From contig CAWFQL010000017.1 of the NCBI GenBank assembly GCA_963817915.1, positions 1 to 64,000 on the forward strand: 64,000 bases of DNA, given 5' to 3'. How positions within the stretch are numbered: position 1 is the stretch's first letter; each line of letters opens with the position of its first letter. Positions 1 through 8,599 of the stretch are shown one piece after another. Under the pieces are notes generated by a model. The model was given only the letters and a program-made list of their open reading frames with translations, was not told the origin of the DNA and searched no databases. This DNA is from an uncultured candidate division Zixibacteria bacterium. GTDB taxonomy: Bacteria > Zixibacteria > MSB-5A5 > UBA10806. The translations under genes were made by a program, and so were the position numbers.

Positions 1-2
1 TT

Positions 3-335
3 GCCCTGCGCTACATTAATAATAATAATGAATTGGTGTATGAGCACGTTATGGCCACGGCAGCATATTTGATGCTAATGATTATGGCCCAGTACAATGG
101 CGTTGCCGGCGTATTGATCAATCAGCGAATAACCCATGATTGGGGCGAGCATTTGCAGTGGGGTCCGTTTAAGAATCTATGCACGGCGGTACAGCAACGA
201 CTTCATGATGACCCTCTTTATGGAGTGAATGATGGTTTAAAATGGGGCAATGGTAAGCCAACCCGAGAAAACGTGTTGTCCGCTGTCGATGAAATAGTTA
301 GACGTGGGAACTTGCGGACAGCGATATGGTTGTAA
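3..335 (+). CDS. Hypothetical protein, 5'-truncated by the window edge (cargo of the integrative element)
   Basis: Frame 3 is open from base 3 to the stop at 333-335; no recognisable motif. Confidence 0.5.
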   Translation, partial: ALRYINNNNELVYEHVMATAAYLMLMIMAQYNGVAGVLINQRITHDWGEHLQWGPFKNLCTAVQQRLHDDPLYGVNDGLKWGNGKPTRENVLSAVDEIVRRGNLRTAIWL

Positions 336-492
336 TTGATTATTACAGCGACGCGCCTTGTTCTTGCACGTTTTGCCAGGGACAAGCGCCCTATGCGTCG
401 CTTAACGCTGGCGCAGCCAATCCCAACAAGTTTAAGGATCTTTGGGATGGCGTGAATTAAACGGGGAAGCACTAGATGACCAGGAGGATATT

Positions 493-1850
493 ATGTGGAT
501 TATTGGAATAGTATTTTTATTGGCCATAGGTGTTGGGGCACAATTTCTGTGGGAAAAACTTACCGGAGTTCAGCGGCCGGTTACTACATTGCCGGTGAAT
601 GACGTAATACCTTCAGGTTCCCCTCCCCCACCATCACTATAACACCAACCGCCGCCCCAATACTTTGCGAATCTTCACTGTCGCCTCCGCCTCCCCCGCC
701 ACCGCGCTTGTTGCCGGCCAGCGGTTATCCTTCTATCAAGGATGCTTTGCTCGACACGGTAGGGTTGCCTGCCACGACCATAGAGGCTATTGAAAACGGT
801 CGGTATGACGCTGTGCTGCCTATCATCGAGAAAATATCACGGGAACATAAGGCCCTTACAATCATGGAAATATTACCGTTAGCACAGGTAGAAGTTGATG
901 CTCTTGTAGCCACAAAGAAAACAGAACTTATTCAGACTACAGAGATACTGATGATCATATGCTTATTTATGGGTTGCCTGGTACCGGCAAGACGACATTG
1001 GCGCGCATCATGCAGACTGAACTAACTCCTAAATTACGGTTTCAAGCCGAAACTGATCGAGTTGACGCCGCTTCAATTGCAAAACGAAGATAATGTATAC
1101 GACCTCGTTGACCAGATAACTTTCGGGTCGTTGATCTTTATCGATGAGGTGCACTCGATCCCGAAATCTTCTTCTGAGGCCTTATATAATTTGCTCGAGT
1201 ACCAAAAATTTGAAGGCAAGACTGTTCCTAAGCATACTATGATCGGGTGCACGACGGAGGCGGGGACATTGCAAGAAGCCTTTCGCGAAAGATTTCAAAT
1301 AGAAATTGAACTAATGCCATTAAATGAACCCGCCATGTTCAAGGTTGTAAACGATCATGCAAAAGGTGTTAAAGTGGCCGGCTACATTTGAAGAATATGC
1401 GGGACAGACAGATGCCAAAACTTGGTGTCTGCACCTTTGTGCTTTAATAAACCTGATCAAATTTAAGCGGAAGCTATTCAACATGAAGTGGCGCGACGTG
1501 CCGTAGGGATTCCTCGCGTTGGGAAGAATATTATCAAGCATTTGAATGCATTGGCTAAATCATTGGGGCGAGTTTTAACGACGACGATGCGACGAGATGT
1601 TTCGATTTACTCGGTATTGATAACAATGGTTTGCACCGGGCCGATAGAAGAGTAATCAAGACATTATTATTAAGGGATAATAGACCAATGGGAGTCTGCG
1701 GCTTTGGCATCGGCAACAGGCGTGGCCAAAACTGATATCGAGAATATGATTGAGGGCCGATTGGTGCGACTCGGATATATTGAAAGAACCCCCAAGGGCC
1801 GTATTCTAAGTTCAAAATGTATCGGAGCTTATAAATATTTAATGGCATAA
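493..1850 (+). pseudogene. RuvB-like AAA+ ATPase with predicted N-terminal transmembrane helix and Pro-rich linker, broken by several frameshifts (sequence error or decay)
   Basis: AGGAGG then ATG at 493 gives MWIIGIVFLLAIGVGAQFLW. Joining frames by eye gives DHMLIYGLPGTGKTTLARIM (Walker A, ~953-1012), LIFIDEVH (Walker B), IGCTTEAG..FRERF, EVARRAVGIPR, LLGIDNNGL, and LVRLGYIERTPKGR ending at TAA 1848-1850, collinear with RuvB motifs. Confidence 0.75.
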
Positions 1851-1885
1851 TTATATAATTGCCATTGATGCACAATTTTAGTGCG

Positions 1886-2039
1886 TTGAATCCAAATCGG
1901 TAGTTCAACTGTTTACAAGTATGTAGACAGATAGTTTAGCGTTTTTGCGAATTGAACCATTTTGGCCTTCTCAATCGTTTACATAGACGGTTTAGCGCAT
2001 TTACGAATTGAATTATTTGGGCCTGTCCGGTTGTTTACA
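1886..2039. repeat. Three copies of TTGAA-N20-GTTTACA; copies 2 and 3 lie in an imperfect 56-bp tandem repeat
   Basis: Copies at 1886-1917, 1952-1983 and 2008-2039; GTTTAGCG recurs at 1934 and 1990. Confidence 0.7.
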
Positions 2040-2408
2040 TATTAGCAATTCATAAAAAAGCGCAATTCGAATGAATAGCGTCTTTATTCTTGGCTGAATC
2101 ATTTAGCAAAGCACATATTAATTTTCGGAGTTCACCGGATTGCTGATGAACTACTAGCATGAAATTATATCCATTTTTAAAAACAATTAAAGGAAAGGAA
2201 TATAGATATGCAATACCCTTACTGCTGAGCGACTTGATTTCCGCCTTCGCGAATTCGGTTTGTGGAAACGGAAATTTAATTTATGAGGTAAAGAAGAATC
2301 GCAATTAAAACATTACTTAATATTAGTAAATAGGGAAGGATTTTTTTGATTTCATTATTTTGAATTTTACATCCAAAATAAAATTAATTATAGGGTAAAT
2401 TTTATAAT

Positions 2409-2609
2409 ATGAATAATGTTGACGAAAAACCGTTTTTATCTAAAAAAGAGTTGGCTTTGATATTGGGTATAAGCATATATACATTAGATTCGTGGGTTTC
2501 AGAAAGGCGAGAAATCCCATTTGTCAAAATGGGAAAACGCGTGTTGTTCGATTTGAATGACATTATGGAATGGATTAAGATTAATAAGATTCACCCTAGG
2601 AAGGAATAA
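2409..2609 (+). CDS. Excisionase-like helix-turn-helix DNA-binding protein
   Basis: 66 aa, LSKKELALILGISIYTLDSWV...IPFVKMGKRVLF; directly upstream of the integrase. Confidence 0.85.
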   Translation: MNNVDEKPFLSKKELALILGISIYTLDSWVSERREIPFVKMGKRVLFDLNDIMEWIKINKIHPRKE

Positions 2610-2638
2610 TTACTGCATTGAGGAATCTTCTTTGATTC

Positions 2639-2666
2639 TTGACAACTCTTGAGGATTGATTAAATT
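2639..2666 (+). promoter_or_regulatory. Putative sigma70 promoter of the integrase
   Basis: TTGACA (2639-2644), 16 nt, TAAATT (2661-2666); GAGGAG ahead of the start codon. Confidence 0.45.
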
Positions 2667-2692
2667 ACCCCGAGTAAGTTTGAGGAGTATGA

Positions 2693-3748
2693 ATGGCGCT
2701 ATTTAAAAAAGGTGAAAACTGGTACATCGACTACTATCTTGATGGTAGAAGAAGGCGTGAGGCTGTCGGGCCTAATCGTAAAGTAGCCGAACGAGCCTTA
2801 GCTAAGAGGCAGGTTCAAGTAGCCGAGAATCGATTTCTTGATATCGTTCAAAAATCAAAAATCACGTTTGAACGCCTAACTGAAAGCTATCTGAAATACG
2901 CCAGAACCAACAAGATTTCATGGCAGCGTGATTGCCACAGCCTAAAAGCAATGAAATCTACGTTCGAAGGTAAGCTGCTTTATCAGATAACTCCTCTTGT
3001 TATTGAGGGCTATAAAAATGCACGGAGTCAAGTGGTTGCTTCCGCGACAGTGAATAGGGAACTAGCCTGTCTAAAGCATATGTTTACTAAAGCGATTCAA
3101 TGGCAAATGACATCCTCGAATCCTGTCAAAATGGTCAAAATGCTAAAAGAAAACAATGAGCGCCTTAGATATCTGAAAATAGATGAAATCCCCAAATTAA
3201 TGGCTCAGCTGCCTGAACGCCTCAAGCCGATAGTCAATTTTGCGCTTTATACAGGGATGCGTAAAGGAGAGATATTAAATCTTAAATGGGAAGATTTGGA
3301 CTTCGATCAAAAAATCATCTTTGTTAAGAATACGAAAAACGGAGAGATGAGAGAAATTCCCATGGCCGAAGCAGTCTTCAATGAACTTAGATCCTGGCAG
3401 CATCGATCGGCGTATGTCTTTTGCGATTCGGACGGAACGCACATTGTCAGCATCAAGGGTGCTTACAGTAATGCGGTGAAGAGGGCTGGAATTAGTGATT
3501 TTACATTTCACGATTTGAGGCATACTTTCGCCAGTCATTTGGCTATGTCTGGTGTCGATCTTTTGACCATAAAGGAGCTTCTTGGTCATAAGTCGATAAA
3601 CATGACATTGAGGTATGCACATCTAAGTCCGAATCATAAGCGTAAAGCAATTGAATCTCTGAAGTATCTGGATAGACACTTTTTGGACACCAGGCCAAAG
3701 GGTGCCTCCGCGGTGAATACCGTAACATGTTGTGGAGTAAACAATTAG
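2693..3748 (+). CDS. Phage-type tyrosine recombinase/integrase
   Basis: TGMRKGE, KNTKNG, FHDLRHTFAS, LLGH, TLRYAH catalytic motifs; N-terminal arm-binding-like WYIDYY..GRRRR. Confidence 0.95.
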   Translation: MALFKKGENWYIDYYLDGRRRREAVGPNRKVAERALAKRQVQVAENRFLDIVQKSKITFERLTESYLKYARTNKISWQRDCHSLKAMKSTFEGKLLYQITPLVIEGYKNARSQVVASATVNRELACLKHMFTKAIQWQMTSSNPVKMVKMLKENNERLRYLKIDEIPKLMAQLPERLKPIVNFALYTGMRKGEILNLKWEDLDFDQKIIFVKNTKNGEMREIPMAEAVFNELRSWQHRSAYVFCDSDGTHIVSIKGAYSNAVKRAGISDFTFHDLRHTFASHLAMSGVDLLTIKELLGHKSINMTLRYAHLSPNHKRKAIESLKYLDRHFLDTRPKGASAVNTVTCCGVNN

Positions 3749-3754
3749 AGTGCT

Positions 3755-3836
3755 GCGAAAGTGGCGGAACTGGCAGACGCGCTGGACTTAGGATCCAGTC
3801 CCGCAAGGGGTGGGGGTTCAACTCCCCCCTTTCGCA
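3755..3836 (+). tRNA. tRNA-Leu (anticodon TAG), CCA not encoded
   Basis: Acceptor stem GCGAAAG/CTTTCGC+A, D arm GTGGCGGAACTGGCAGACGC, anticodon arm CTGGA-CTTAGGA-TCCAG, variable arm CCCGCAAGGG, T loop GGTTCAACTCC. Confidence 0.95.
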
Positions 3837-3866
3837 TTGAAATCTATAAAGTGTAAAGGATAAAAA

Positions 3867-5189
3867 ATGAGCCCCGATAACGAAATGACAAATACCACCG
3901 ACGAAACCTCGCAGTCATCCACCGATGGCAAAAAGCTTAAGGTCTCGATTCGCGAAGGACAATCCTGGACCCGATTCCTCGAAATAGAAGTGCCGGTCGA
4001 GGACATAAACTCGCAATTCGAAACCACTTACCAAACTTACCGCAAAAAGGCCAAAATACCAGGTTTTCGGCCCGGTAAGGCTCCTATGGGTATCGTAAAA
4101 CAACATTTCGCCGATGCCGTCAAAGCTGATGTTTTCGAAGACGCAGTTTCAAAAGCTTATGAGCAAGCCTTGGTACAAGAAAAATTAGCGCCGCTCGATA
4201 TGCCGAAACTTTCCGATATCGAATTCGATGAAGGCAAGCCGTTGAAGTTCAAAGCCGAAATCGAAATCAGGCCAACTGTTACTCTCGGCAAATACAAGGG
4301 ATATCGCATAGAAAAAAAGGTACCGGAGATCGGCGAAAAAGATCTAAATGAATCGCTTGATTACCTGCGAGAACGAATGGCGGAATTCGAACCTGTCCAG
4401 AGACCAGCCGAGAATGGTGATATGATAATTGCCGATCTCGTAAAAAAACACGATAAGCTCGGCAAATTGAAAGAAGAAAAGCTCGAGAATGTCGAAATCG
4501 AACTCGGTTCCAATCGCATTCTCGATGAATTTCAACGTGGACTGATGGGAATGCGCATTGGCGAAATGAAGGATATCTCCGTAAAATACCCGGATAACTA
4601 TTTCGATACCAACCTTGCCGGTAATCAGATATTATTCCTCGCGGTCGTTAAGGAAATTAAAAAGAAAAATCTCCCTGACCTCAACGACGAATTCGCCGCC
4701 AAAGTCTCCAATCTAAAAACGCTCGAAGAGCTTAAGACCCGAGTCAAAGATAATCTCCAGAGACAGGCCCAGGATGACGCTACCAAAAATCTGCGCAACG
4801 AAATCCTGAAACGTGTTATCGACGATAATCGATTCGATGTTCCATCATCGCTGGTTAAAAAATATCTCGATCATGTAGTCGAAGATTTCAAGAAACGGGG
4901 CGAAACTGTCGATGAAAATCAGGTAAGAAGCGAATATCGAAATATGGCCGAAGATTATATTCGCTGGAGCTACCTTTATTATGAGATAGCTCATGCCGAA
5001 AATATAAAGGTGGCTGCTGAGGATCGGCAGAGATGGGTACAGGCATTCGCCAAGACGTACAATCTAAGCGAGGAAGCGGCCAGGCAGGCGCTGGGCAAAT
5101 CGAAAAAGAAAGAAGATATCGATGATTCCATACTGGAATCAAAGGTAGTCGAATACATCATTAGTAATTCCGAAGTGATAACAGCTTAA
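3867..5189 (+). CDS. tig: Trigger factor
   Basis: [10 protein letters not shown] ribosome-binding signature; tRNA-Leu-tig-clpP-clpX order. Confidence 0.95.
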   Translation: MSPDNEMTNTTDETSQSSTDGKKLKVSIREGQSWTRFLEIEVPVEDINSQFETTYQTYRKKAKIPGFRPGKAPMGIVKQHFADAVKADVFEDAVSKAYEQALVQEKLAPLDMPKLSDIEFDEGKPLKFKAEIEIRPTVTLGKYKGYRIEKKVPEIGEKDLNESLDYLRERMAEFEPVQRPAENGDMIIADLVKKHDKLGKLKEEKLENVEIELGSNRILDEFQRGLMGMRIGEMKDISVKYPDNYFDTNLAGNQILFLAVVKEIKKKNLPDLNDEFAAKVSNLKTLEELKTRVKDNLQRQAQDDATKNLRNEILKRVIDDNRFDVPSSLVKKYLDHVVEDFKKRGETVDENQVRSEYRNMAEDYIRWSYLYYEIAHAENIKVAAEDRQRWVQAFAKTYNLSEEAARQALGKSKKKEDIDDSILESKVVEYIISNSEVITA

Positions 5190-5206
5190 ATAAAGAGGGG
5201 ATACAG

Positions 5207-5794
5207 ATGACATTAGTACCGATAGTAATCGAACAAACAGGACGCGGAGAGCGGGCGTATGATATTTATTCCCGTCTGCTGAAGGATCGAATCGTCTTTG
5301 TTGGCACACCTATCGATGATATGATCGCCAACTTGATTATAGCCCAGCTTTTGTTTTTGGAAGCTGAAGACCCCGAGAAAGATATTTTTCTCTATGTCAA
5401 TTCGCCGGGCGGTTCGGTGACTGCCGGATTGGCTATCTACGATACAATGCAGTACATCAAGCCCGATGTCAATACGACCTGTGTCGGCATGGCCGCCTCT
5501 ATGGGCGCGGTGCTTCTGGCCGCAGGGGCGCATGGCAAACGGGCGGCGTTAAAAAATTCCAAGATAATGATTCATCAACCCTGGGGCGGATATCAGGGTA
5601 CAGCGTCAGATATAGAAATTCACGCCAAAGAAATTATCAAAACCAAAAAGCAGATGAATGAAATTCTTTCCAAGCACACCGGCCAGCCATTCGAAAAGGT
5701 TGAGCAGGATACCGATCGCGATTTCTTCATGACCGCCGATGATGCCAAGGCATACGGTCTGGTCGATGAAGTTTACGAAAGAAAGACAAAGTAG
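5207..5794 (+). CDS. clpP: ATP-dependent Clp protease proteolytic subunit
   Basis: [34 protein letters not shown] motifs. Confidence 0.97.
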   Translation: MTLVPIVIEQTGRGERAYDIYSRLLKDRIVFVGTPIDDMIANLIIAQLLFLEAEDPEKDIFLYVNSPGGSVTAGLAIYDTMQYIKPDVNTTCVGMAASMGAVLLAAGAHGKRAALKNSKIMIHQPWGGYQGTASDIEIHAKEIIKTKKQMNEILSKHTGQPFEKVEQDTDRDFFMTADDAKAYGLVDEVYERKTK

Positions 5795-5805
5795 GTAATT
5801 AATTA

Positions 5806-7074
5806 ATGGCAACCAAAGGAAGCGGCCGCCAAAAGGGGACCGCTCAAAATAATTGCAGTTTCTGCGGCCGTCCCGCCGAGATGACCGGCAGATTGTATGC
5901 CGGACGTTCAGGCATGATCTGCGAAGATTGCATTAAAATTTGTTTTGATGCGCTCAAAGACGATGAACGAAAAAATACTCCAGCCATTAAGGCCGCATTC
6001 ACTCCGCCAAGGCCTGATGAAATAAAATCATTTCTGGATAAATATGTTATCGGGCAGGATAGAGCCAAGAAGATTATCTCTGTGGCGGTTTATAATCATT
6101 ACAAACGAATTGCCAATCCAACTGTGCCCGGCGATGACGAAGCCGAGCTCGAAAAATCCAATATCCTTCTTGCCGGTCCGACCGGCACAGGAAAAACTTT
6201 ACTCGCTCAGACATTGGCCAAAATGCTTCATGTGCCGTTCTGTATCGCCGATGCCACGGTATTGACCGAGGCCGGATATGTCGGCGAGGATGTCGAAAAT
6301 ATTCTCGTGCGTCTGCTTCAGGCGGCTGATTATAATGTTGAATTGTGCCAGCGCGGAATTGTCTATATCGATGAAATCGATAAAATCGCCCGCAAATCGG
6401 CCAACGCGTCGATCACTCGCGATGTCTCCGGCGAGGGTGTCCAGCAGGGGCTTTTGAAAATTCTCGAAGGAACAATTTCGTCAGTCCCGCCCAAAGGCGG
6501 ACGGAAACATCCCGAGCAGGCGTTGATCAATATCGATACGCGCAATATTCTTTTCATTTGCGGCGGCGCCTTCGATGGTCTCGATAAAATAATCGCCCGC
6601 AGAATAGGCAGGAAAGTCGTCGGTTTCAAGGCCGACAGCATTACGGTCGGTTATAAAATCGGCGAGCTAATGGCGCATGTCGAGGATGAAGACCTTCTCG
6701 AATATGGCCTCATTCCGGAAATTATCGGCCGATTGCCGGTAGTTTGTACCTTGCACGAACTAGATAAAGAAGCCTTGATGCGAATCCTTATCGAACCCAA
6801 GAACGCGCTTACCCGCCAGTATAAACGATTTTTCAAACTCGAAGATGTAGAATTGGAATTCCAACCCGAAGCTCTCACCGCTATTGTCGATGCCGCCATG
6901 AAACGAGGCACTGGTGCCCGGGCATTGCGCTCAATAATGGAAACAGCCATGACCGACATCATGTATCAGACGCCATCGCTTAAAGGTTTGAAAAAATGCA
7001 TTATTACTTCCGAAGTAATTCAAAATGGCGCCGAACCTGATTTGATTTATAAGGCCCATCAAAAATCAGCGTAA
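5806..7074 (+). CDS. clpX: ATP-dependent Clp protease ATP-binding subunit
   Basis: C4 zinc finger CSFC...[34 protein letters not shown]. Confidence 0.97.
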   Translation: MATKGSGRQKGTAQNNCSFCGRPAEMTGRLYAGRSGMICEDCIKICFDALKDDERKNTPAIKAAFTPPRPDEIKSFLDKYVIGQDRAKKIISVAVYNHYKRIANPTVPGDDEAELEKSNILLAGPTGTGKTLLAQTLAKMLHVPFCIADATVLTEAGYVGEDVENILVRLLQAADYNVELCQRGIVYIDEIDKIARKSANASITRDVSGEGVQQGLLKILEGTISSVPPKGGRKHPEQALINIDTRNILFICGGAFDGLDKIIARRIGRKVVGFKADSITVGYKIGELMAHVEDEDLLEYGLIPEIIGRLPVVCTLHELDKEALMRILIEPKNALTRQYKRFFKLEDVELEFQPEALTAIVDAAMKRGTGARALRSIMETAMTDIMYQTPSLKGLKKCIITSEVIQNGAEPDLIYKAHQKSA

Positions 7075-7097
7075 CACAATTAAGAAAATAAATTATC

Positions 7098-7128
7098 AAT
7101 ACCGCCTTTTTTCCAATGGCGGTATTTC
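7098..7128 (+). terminator. Putative intrinsic terminator after clpX
   Basis: AATACCGCC / GGCGGTATT inverted repeat. Confidence 0.5.
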
Positions 7129-7178
7129 ATATCTTTTCTGGCGACACGATTTCGATCCACGTCCGATATGATTTTTCC

Positions 7179-7314
7179 TGTCATTCCGCACTTGATGCGG
7201 AATCTATCCTGCTCTTCGATGTTAGGAATCCCTTCTTGACGAAATCTCAAGTTACTAGGTCATTTCCCCTGGGAAATGGCGTTCCCGCGTCGTCAGGAAT
7301 CCATTTCTGACGAC
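7179..7314. repeat. Cluster of REP-like palindromes
   Basis: GTCATTCCGCACTTGATGCGGAAT; GTTAGGAATCCCTTCTTGAC; GTCGTCAGGAATCCATTTCTGACGAC (relatives at ~56350 and 58347). Confidence 0.65.
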
Positions 7315-7341
7315 AACTCAAGCCATTAATTCGCCATTAAT

Positions 7342-7375
7342 AAAAAACTCCCGAGCTTTCTAAAAACCCGGGAGT
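7342..7375 (-). terminator. Putative intrinsic terminator of the 7399-8226 gene
   Basis: ACTCCCG / CGGGAGT stem preceded by an A-run on + (U-tract on -). Confidence 0.55.
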
Positions 7376-7398
7376 CACAATCAGATTATAAATAAATC

Positions 7399-8226
7399 TT
7401 AGCGGCCGAAGCTCCAATTAAGGCGGGCCCATAAATCAATAGACTGCGGCGTATTCTTGCCGAAAGCGTTGTACAAGGCCTTAACCTTGAAACCAAGATT
7501 CGGCGTTGCTTGATATTGAACCGCCGGACCGACCTTGAACCAACTCTCTTTGGAATCGGTAATTGTCGCGCTACTAAGTTTGCTATCCTGGCCAAAACCG
7601 GATTCAATTTCAGCCGAGCCCAATAGGTTAGGATTGAATCCATAACCTAACGCCCAATTAAACCAGATTTCATCGCCTGGCTTAACGTTGGTCGTGCTAT
7701 TTTCCAAACGGACATTGTAATAAAGCGATGTCTGCATCTGAATCGGAAGTTTATCCCAGCTGAATGCTATACCAGGGCGAACATTCAATTGCCCGGTGCC
7801 AAGACCCTTGGTATCATCACCGGTAGGCACATCAGCCCAAACCCATGCCGAAAGAAAGTAAGACTTTTCATAATTATCCAGCAGCCAATAGGCAGCCGAA
7901 AGCTGCATGTCGCCAATGCCGGATTCTGAAAGTCCGGAACCCAAATCATAGGACGTGTACGGAACTGCCGCACCTACGCTCCAATGATGATTATTGAGCG
8001 TTCCATAGTAGCTGGGGCGGATCGCAAAACCAAAAGCAGTCCAATTGTTGGGCAAATCGGCACTCGTGCCGTCCTGGTCATATACCTTGGAAGCGGTCAT
8101 ATAGGCCGGGTATCCCTGAAGATAGAAACCCGGTGTCCAGGGCACGCTCTCAAAGTCATTGATTCCCGCAGCGGCCAAACTCACAAGAGCAAAGCCGATT
8201 AAAATTGTCAAAGTGAATTTTTTCAT
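7399..8226 (-). CDS. Outer-membrane beta-barrel transporter (MetA-pathway-of-phenol-degradation / SphA-like)
   Basis: Signal peptide; SGIGDMQL, PTGDD..GLGTG and KPGDE motifs; aromatic C-terminal beta strand. Confidence 0.7.
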   Translation of the reverse strand: MKKFTLTILIGFALVSLAAAGINDFESVPWTPGFYLQGYPAYMTASKVYDQDGTSADLPNNWTAFGFAIRPSYYGTLNNHHWSVGAAVPYTSYDLGSGLSESGIGDMQLSAAYWLLDNYEKSYFLSAWVWADVPTGDDTKGLGTGQLNVRPGIAFSWDKLPIQMQTSLYYNVRLENSTTNVKPGDEIWFNWALGYGFNPNLLGSAEIESGFGQDSKLSSATITDSKESWFKVGPAVQYQATPNLGFKVKALYNAFGKNTPQSIDLWARLNWSFGR

Positions 8227-8552
8227 AGTTCCCTCCTTGAATTATTCATTCTTGTGAATATTGAAACCCAAACCAACGTCTTGCTCTAATAGCGCCTCCT
8301 TGATTTCGGTGGTTTATACTGATTCAGCCAGACTGTCTTATGTAGATATTGTCGGATGTTTTGTCTGTACTTTAATTGATCAAAGTTATTATTATGATAT
8401 CTTTAATGGATGAAATTCCCAAGCCCGATCGATAACATTAAGGCCATTGCCCCTCGTTATTCGTCTCGCTGCCTGAAAAAATGGCCTACTTCACGCGTTG
8501 CCAGAAATCTTTTCCTGATGACAACATGTGCTTTTTCCAGCGTAAATACTCC

Positions 8553-8580
8553 TTGACAATAACTCAATATGACTTAAATT
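8553..8580 (+). promoter_or_regulatory. Putative sigma70 promoter
   Basis: TTGACA, 16 nt, TAAATT, followed by AGGAGA ahead of the 8600 ORF. Confidence 0.45.
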
Positions 8581-8599
8581 TAGATAACAGGAGATTCGT

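Larger units (their letters stand above)
1..3754. mobile_element. Right end of an integrative element or prophage-like island adjoining tRNA-Leu
   Basis: xis-int pair ending 6 bp before a tRNA; accessory cargo and AT-rich intergenic DNA upstream; housekeeping genes downstream. Confidence 0.75.

Noticed and set aside
1555..1908. Minus-strand 117-aa ORF
   Set aside because: Antisense to the RuvB-like winged-helix region and has no motif.
1886..2039. CRISPR array
   Set aside because: Conserved blocks are too short and irregularly spaced, cores 2 and 3 resemble each other, and no cas genes are present in the window.
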